DNA from: Candidatus Bathyarchaeota archaeon
Lineage (GTDB): Archaea; Thermoproteota; Bathyarchaeia; 40CM-2-53-6
Direction of reading: 5' to 3'
Length of the DNA stretch: 64,000 bases
Assembly (NCBI GenBank): GCA_963726255.1
Contig: CAVSBL010000002.1
Span: 736,001-800,000 of the forward strand
Part shown: in pieces, positions 59,991-64,000 of the stretch
How positions within the stretch are numbered: position 1 is the first letter of the stretch
How the letters are laid out: each line of letters begins with the position of its first letter
Notes under the pieces: model-generated
Databases searched by the model: none
What the model was told of the DNA's origin: nothing
Seen by the model: only the letters and a program-made list of their open reading frames with translations
Translations under genes and position numbers: made by a program

Positions 59991-60608
59991 ATGATTGCGA
60001 TCGTCGACTATGGTATGGGTAACCTCGGGTCCATTTCAAACATGTTGAAGAAGATAGGTGTGCAGTCTGCAATCTCTTCTGACCCGCTGGTTATCGAGGA
60101 GGCTGAGAAGCTCATTCTGCCTGGAGTTGGCGCGTTTGACCTTGGCATGAAGAACCTAAGCCAGCGAGGCCTTGTGGAAAAACTGAAATCCCAAGTGATG
60201 GAGCGAAAGAAACCTATCCTCGGACTGTGCTTGGGGATGCAGCTCTTCACGCGAAGCAGCGAGGAGGGACAGTTACCCGGTCTAGGTTGGCTCAACGCAA
60301 AAACCGTTCGTTTCACCTTCAGCGGACCTGAAGCGAACTTGAAAATACCCCACATGGGTTGGAACACGCTCCAAATCTACCGCTCCCACCCGCTCCTAAA
60401 CGACCTTGGGCCAGATGCACGGTTCTATTTCGATCATTCGTATCACGTTCTCTGCAATGACAATGACAATGTCCTCGCCACCACGACCTACGGTTATGAT
60501 TTTCCATCCATCGTGGCACAAGGCAACATCCTTGGCGCACAGTTCCATCCTGAGAAGAGCCACAAATTTGGCATGAAGCTCTTGAAGAATTTCGCGGTGC
60601 ATGCCTAG
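59991..60608 (+). CDS. hisH: HisH-like glutaminase subunit (WbuY-type)
   Basis: DYGMGNL.S, LPGVGAF, GLCLGMQ, PHMGWN, QFHPEKS. Confidence 0.92.
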   Translation: MIAIVDYGMGNLGSISNMLKKIGVQSAISSDPLVIEEAEKLILPGVGAFDLGMKNLSQRGLVEKLKSQVMERKKPILGLCLGMQLFTRSSEEGQLPGLGWLNAKTVRFTFSGPEANLKIPHMGWNTLQIYRSHPLLNDLGPDARFYFDHSYHVLCNDNDNVLATTTYGYDFPSIVAQGNILGAQFHPEKSHKFGMKLLKNFAVHA

Positions 60609-61370
60609 ATGCTCCGAACACGTGTCATCCCTTGCCTGCTTCTCAGAAATCTTGGCCTCGTTAAGACAGTGAAGTTCAAGGACCCCAAATACCTCGGTGA
60701 TCCGATTAACATCGTCAAGATCTTCAACGACAAGGAAGTGGATGAACTCATCTTTCTTGACATTGCTGCAACCGTCGAAAACAGAAACCCACCTCTTGGT
60801 CTTTTGGCCAAGATAACCACAGAATGCTTCATGCCCCTGGGATATGGAGGGGGCGTTCGCCGAGTTGAGGATATCAAGACTATTCTGAATCTAGGTGTCG
60901 AGAAGATTTGCATCAATACTCACGCGGTTGAGGACCCGTCCTTCGTGAAGGCTGCAGCCGAACTCGCCGGCAGCCAGGCGATAGTCGTCTCAATTGACGT
61001 TAAGAAGGATAATGTTGGCAAGTATGAAGTGTACACTCACTCTGGACAAAAGTCAACTGGGTTGCACCCAGTTGACCACGCCGTCAACATGGAGAAGCAT
61101 GGTGCTGGTGAGTTGTTGCTGACCTCAGTCGACCGGGACGGGACGATGCAGGGATACGACCTAGAGCTGACCAAACAGGTGTCCCAGGCGGTGGGAATCC
61201 CGGTAGTTGCCTGCGGTGGTGCTGGAACGATACAGCACTTGACAGAAGCAGTCAAATCGGGCGCTTCGGCGACCGCTGCAGGAAGCATGTTCGTCTTCCA
61301 GGGGCCTCATCGCGCTGTGCTGATCAATTACCCGACGCGTCAAGAACTCCGTCAAGTACTAGAACCGTAG
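60609..61370 (+). CDS. hisF: HisF-like cyclase subunit (WbuZ/AglZ-type)
   Basis: RVIPCLLL, YLGDPIN.VKIFNDKEVDEL, GGG, DRDGTMQGYD, AAGSMFVF.G..RAVLINYP (glycan-cluster HisF2 pattern). Confidence 0.92.
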   Translation: MLRTRVIPCLLLRNLGLVKTVKFKDPKYLGDPINIVKIFNDKEVDELIFLDIAATVENRNPPLGLLAKITTECFMPLGYGGGVRRVEDIKTILNLGVEKICINTHAVEDPSFVKAAAELAGSQAIVVSIDVKKDNVGKYEVYTHSGQKSTGLHPVDHAVNMEKHGAGELLLTSVDRDGTMQGYDLELTKQVSQAVGIPVVACGGAGTIQHLTEAVKSGASATAAGSMFVFQGPHRAVLINYPTRQELRQVLEP

Positions 61371-61466
61371 GGGTCAATGGTTCCCTCCGTTCAATCCTCT
61401 CTCTAACTTCGGTAAGCCTTCGGAACAAATAAGACACGCCCTTCTCTTAGCGAGCGGGCACCGTTC

Positions 61467-62558
61467 TCATGCATTCTTGTACGCCTCGAAAATTCTCGCC
61501 TCATATTTCTCCCACACAAAATTGTTTCGCGCATACGAAATAGTCTTATCACGTCCTTCGGCTAACTCCTCCGCTCCCCTAGCCCTTTCCGAAAGTATAC
61601 TCACTAGGGTTTGATAATTATCAAATGGAACACAGTATCTGCCAAGCGTATTGATGACCGACGTCAGATCACTCGTGGTTAGTACTAGTAGCCCCGCGTT
61701 GACATATTCATACGCCTTGTTGGGATTGCTGTATGCATGAAAAGCGTGCGGATGCCAAGGAATCAGGCCGATGTGATGCCTCCCGAGTTCTCTCATCATC
61801 TCCAAATGTGGGATCCGACCTGTTGAACGAATAATTGGGTCTGCAAGGTCGTCACCAATGATTGTGAGCATTCCAATTTCATTTTGTTTGAAGAGATCCA
61901 AGAACCCGTCCATGTTTCTATGAGGCAAAAAGGGCGCATGCATGAAGTCGCCGCCTACATAGACGGATCGTAGTCCGCCGTTTCCTTCGATTTGGCTAGG
62001 CATAACCGCATCCGTCTCCAGCTTGCAGGGCATGTTGGGAACTAGGTAGGCGTCACAACCTAGTTTTCGATAGTGCAACGCGATTGGTTCGCTTACGGTT
62101 ATTATAGGAGCGTGTACTGCATTTTCCCATTTTTCCCATGTCCGTGCATGTAGCAAGTGATATTTTAGCTGAGGATGCGTCAACCTGGTCCTAACACTCT
62201 CCAGTTCGTGATCATCGAACACGTAAGGTAGTCCGGTTTGACTCGCAAGTCTAGCGCAAATTATGTTGTTGGCATGTATGAGGTCAGGTTTGACTTCCGA
62301 TAGCACAGTAGCGAACTTTCTTCGGAGTCTGTGCCAATGTAAAGGCTCACCAAGGTTCGCGCGCCATGTGAAAGGCAATTCGAATACTGCGTCAAATCCT
62401 TTGACCTCTAGGGAATATCCATTGCATCGTCCACCCGCGAAATAGACGCTGAAACCCAGCTTCTTGGCGCTGTATGCTGATTTCTCAACACGAGCGTCGG
62501 GCAAACCTTGGTCAGACAAATGGAGGATTCTCATCATTGACGTCTCCCCTAGCCGCAC
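61467..62558 (-). CDS. Glycosyltransferase (GT4-like)
   Basis: DARVEK.A, FDDHE, ITVSE, SNPNKAYEYVNAGL. Confidence 0.8.
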   Translation of the reverse strand: MRLGETSMMRILHLSDQGLPDARVEKSAYSAKKLGFSVYFAGGRCNGYSLEVKGFDAVFELPFTWRANLGEPLHWHRLRRKFATVLSEVKPDLIHANNIICARLASQTGLPYVFDDHELESVRTRLTHPQLKYHLLHARTWEKWENAVHAPIITVSEPIALHYRKLGCDAYLVPNMPCKLETDAVMPSQIEGNGGLRSVYVGGDFMHAPFLPHRNMDGFLDLFKQNEIGMLTIIGDDLADPIIRSTGRIPHLEMMRELGRHHIGLIPWHPHAFHAYSNPNKAYEYVNAGLLVLTTSDLTSVINTLGRYCVPFDNYQTLVSILSERARGAEELAEGRDKTISYARNNFVWEKYEARIFEAYKNA

Positions 62559-63164
62559 GGTGCCTATAGTGATTGCAGACAGTTGAAACCTGTGGATTCA
62601 TATTCGCTTCGCTCCTACCAATACGAATTTCATCTACACCGCTTCGTGGACATGGCTTTCCAACTCTATCTAGCAGGTGTTCTCAACAGAGAGCTTTAAT
62701 CCACGCAGCACGGCTGAACTTGAACTTCATTGCACGTACCTCACGACTTAGCAAGTAACATATGGTAGAGTAGCAGTATTAGCCGGTTGTTGAACGATTT
62801 GGCCGCAAAAACCACCCGGCAGAAACGATCGTGGTAGGTTCTTGCCGACTGAACTCATGCTGGTTATAAGTGCCCGTCCCCGATTTATTAGCAGCCATCA
62901 CTGCCTCAACCTTGTTAATGAGATATTTCTCCTGAGAAAACCGAAGGCGAAGACGCAAAACGTCTAAAGGTGCAGTCACATCTGTACGTGAGAAGATGGT
63001 TCTTGGCACGCAGGCATGTGCTTTTTCGTCCCCTGTCCTTGACTGTGTTCGTTTTCGGGTTGCTAGTCTGGTTCTAAGTTGTGGTCATTCATTGTGGTCA
63101 TAAGTCGATAGATACAAGAATGAGTTTCTCACGACTAAACAGTGAGTGGCGGATTGTCGAGAAA

Positions 63165-64000
63165 TTGATTATCAGCAAAGCAGTGATAACCGCGGCAGGC
63201 ATTGGCAGCCGTTTACTGCCGGTTACCAAGGAAATGCCCAAGGAGATGCTTCCAGTCTTTTGCAGGCGACGGTCAAAGGCTCTGTGCTTGAAACCTGTCG
63301 TGCAAGTCGTCTTTGAAACACTATTCGATGCTGGATCTAGAACGTTCTGCATGGTTGTAGGCAGAGGTAAGCGAGCTGTTGAGGACTACTTCACTGCTGA
63401 CCGAGCATTTATCTCCCTTATTTCCAAGGGCGGCAAGAGATCATTGACTGCTGAACTTTCAGAATTCTACGGGCGCCTCGGCAAGTCTTCAATAGCCTTT
63501 GTGAATCAGGCGGAACCAATAGGATTCGGAGATGCGGTGTTATGCTCTGCGGGGTTTGTTGGCTCTGATCCCTTCTTGCTACATGCAGGTGATGACCTAA
63601 TCCTCTCGCCGGGGAACGACCACATGAGGAGGCTTAAGAGCGCATTTACCTCATTGGGTGCTGACGTGATATTCTTTGTCGAGCATACTCGCCACCCTGA
63701 GAAGTATGGTGTGATTCGCCCAAAGAGGATCAGTGCAGACTTATACAGGGTCAAGGAACTGGTAGAAAAACCGAAGCATCCCCCCTCGGACTTGGGTGTC
63801 GTAGCAATCTACGCTTTTCAGCCCAGTGTCATTGAGTACCTCAAGAGAGTGAAAGTCGACCAGAATGGTGAATTCCAGTTGGCAGATGCCGTTCAAATGA
63901 TGGTGGAGGACAAAAAAAAGGTCTTTGCAATCGCCTTACGTCGAAGCGAGAAAAGAGTCGACATGGGATCCCCAGACACATACCGCCTTGCTCTCAAGCA
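63165..64000 (+). CDS. galU: UTP--glucose-1-phosphate uridylyltransferase-like nucleotidyltransferase (partial, runs off the window)
   Basis: Not in the ORF track. TTG 63165: MIISKAVITAAGIGSRLLPVTKEMPKEMLPV...Q.EPIGFGDAV...HAGDD...LVEKP...GEFQLADA. Confidence 0.85.
   Translation, partial: MIISKAVITAAGIGSRLLPVTKEMPKEMLPVFCRRRSKALCLKPVVQVVFETLFDAGSRTFCMVVGRGKRAVEDYFTADRAFISLISKGGKRSLTAELSEFYGRLGKSSIAFVNQAEPIGFGDAVLCSAGFVGSDPFLLHAGDDLILSPGNDHMRRLKSAFTSLGADVIFFVEHTRHPEKYGVIRPKRISADLYRVKELVEKPKHPPSDLGVVAIYAFQPSVIEYLKRVKVDQNGEFQLADAVQMMVEDKKKVFAIALRRSEKRVDMGSPDTYRLALK

Noticed and set aside
59991-61370. hisH/hisF as a histidine biosynthesis operon
   Set aside because: No other his genes; adjacent to wbuX and carrying the glycan-cluster HisF2 pattern.
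62573-63120. About 550-bp gap with short ORFs, possible ncRNA or gene remnant
   Set aside because: No convincing ORF, repeat or stable structure seen by eye.
63912-63919. A8 run in the galU-like gene (also T7 near 46893 and C6 near 41761) as further switch sites
   Set aside because: Reading frames are intact and there is no evidence of variation from sequence alone.

Overview
Archaeal chromosomal segment, most consistent with a TACK-group archaeon such as Bathyarchaeia. This is inferred from aIF1/SUI1, Rpo12, a CSL-type tRNA splicing endonuclease, archaeal GlyRS, CofE and many membrane proteins with zinc-ribbon tails. About 1-33.8 kb is largely housekeeping: a tandem-AAA ATPase running off the left edge (missed by the ORF track), DRG GTPase, surface proteins, glyS-DUF47-endA, sdhAB, tatAC, mgtA, two different tandem hppA pyrophosphatases and cofE. 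From about 32 kb to the right edge is a mosaic surface-glycan island with 2 flippases, 6 GT4, 2 GT2, 3 tandem GT-C-type membrane glycosyltransferases, several SAM methyltransferases, an NDP-sugar epimerase, sqdB/agl3, a wbuXYZ-like amidotransferase trio and a galU-like gene. Most notable observations: three glycan genes each broken by a same-direction (+1/-2) frameshift at a short C or G run; a diverged 273-bp duplicate of the cofE 3' end flanking an inserted methyltransferase; an identically spaced C-x2-C-x10-C-x2-C ribbon after the membrane segment of four unrelated proteins including TatC; a 42-codon zinc-finger ORF split by an in-frame TAG; and a hairpin cluster next to a decayed PIN gene at the island edge. 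No rRNA, tRNA, CRISPR array, integrase or transposase was recognised. All calls are by eye from motifs; no database searches were run.
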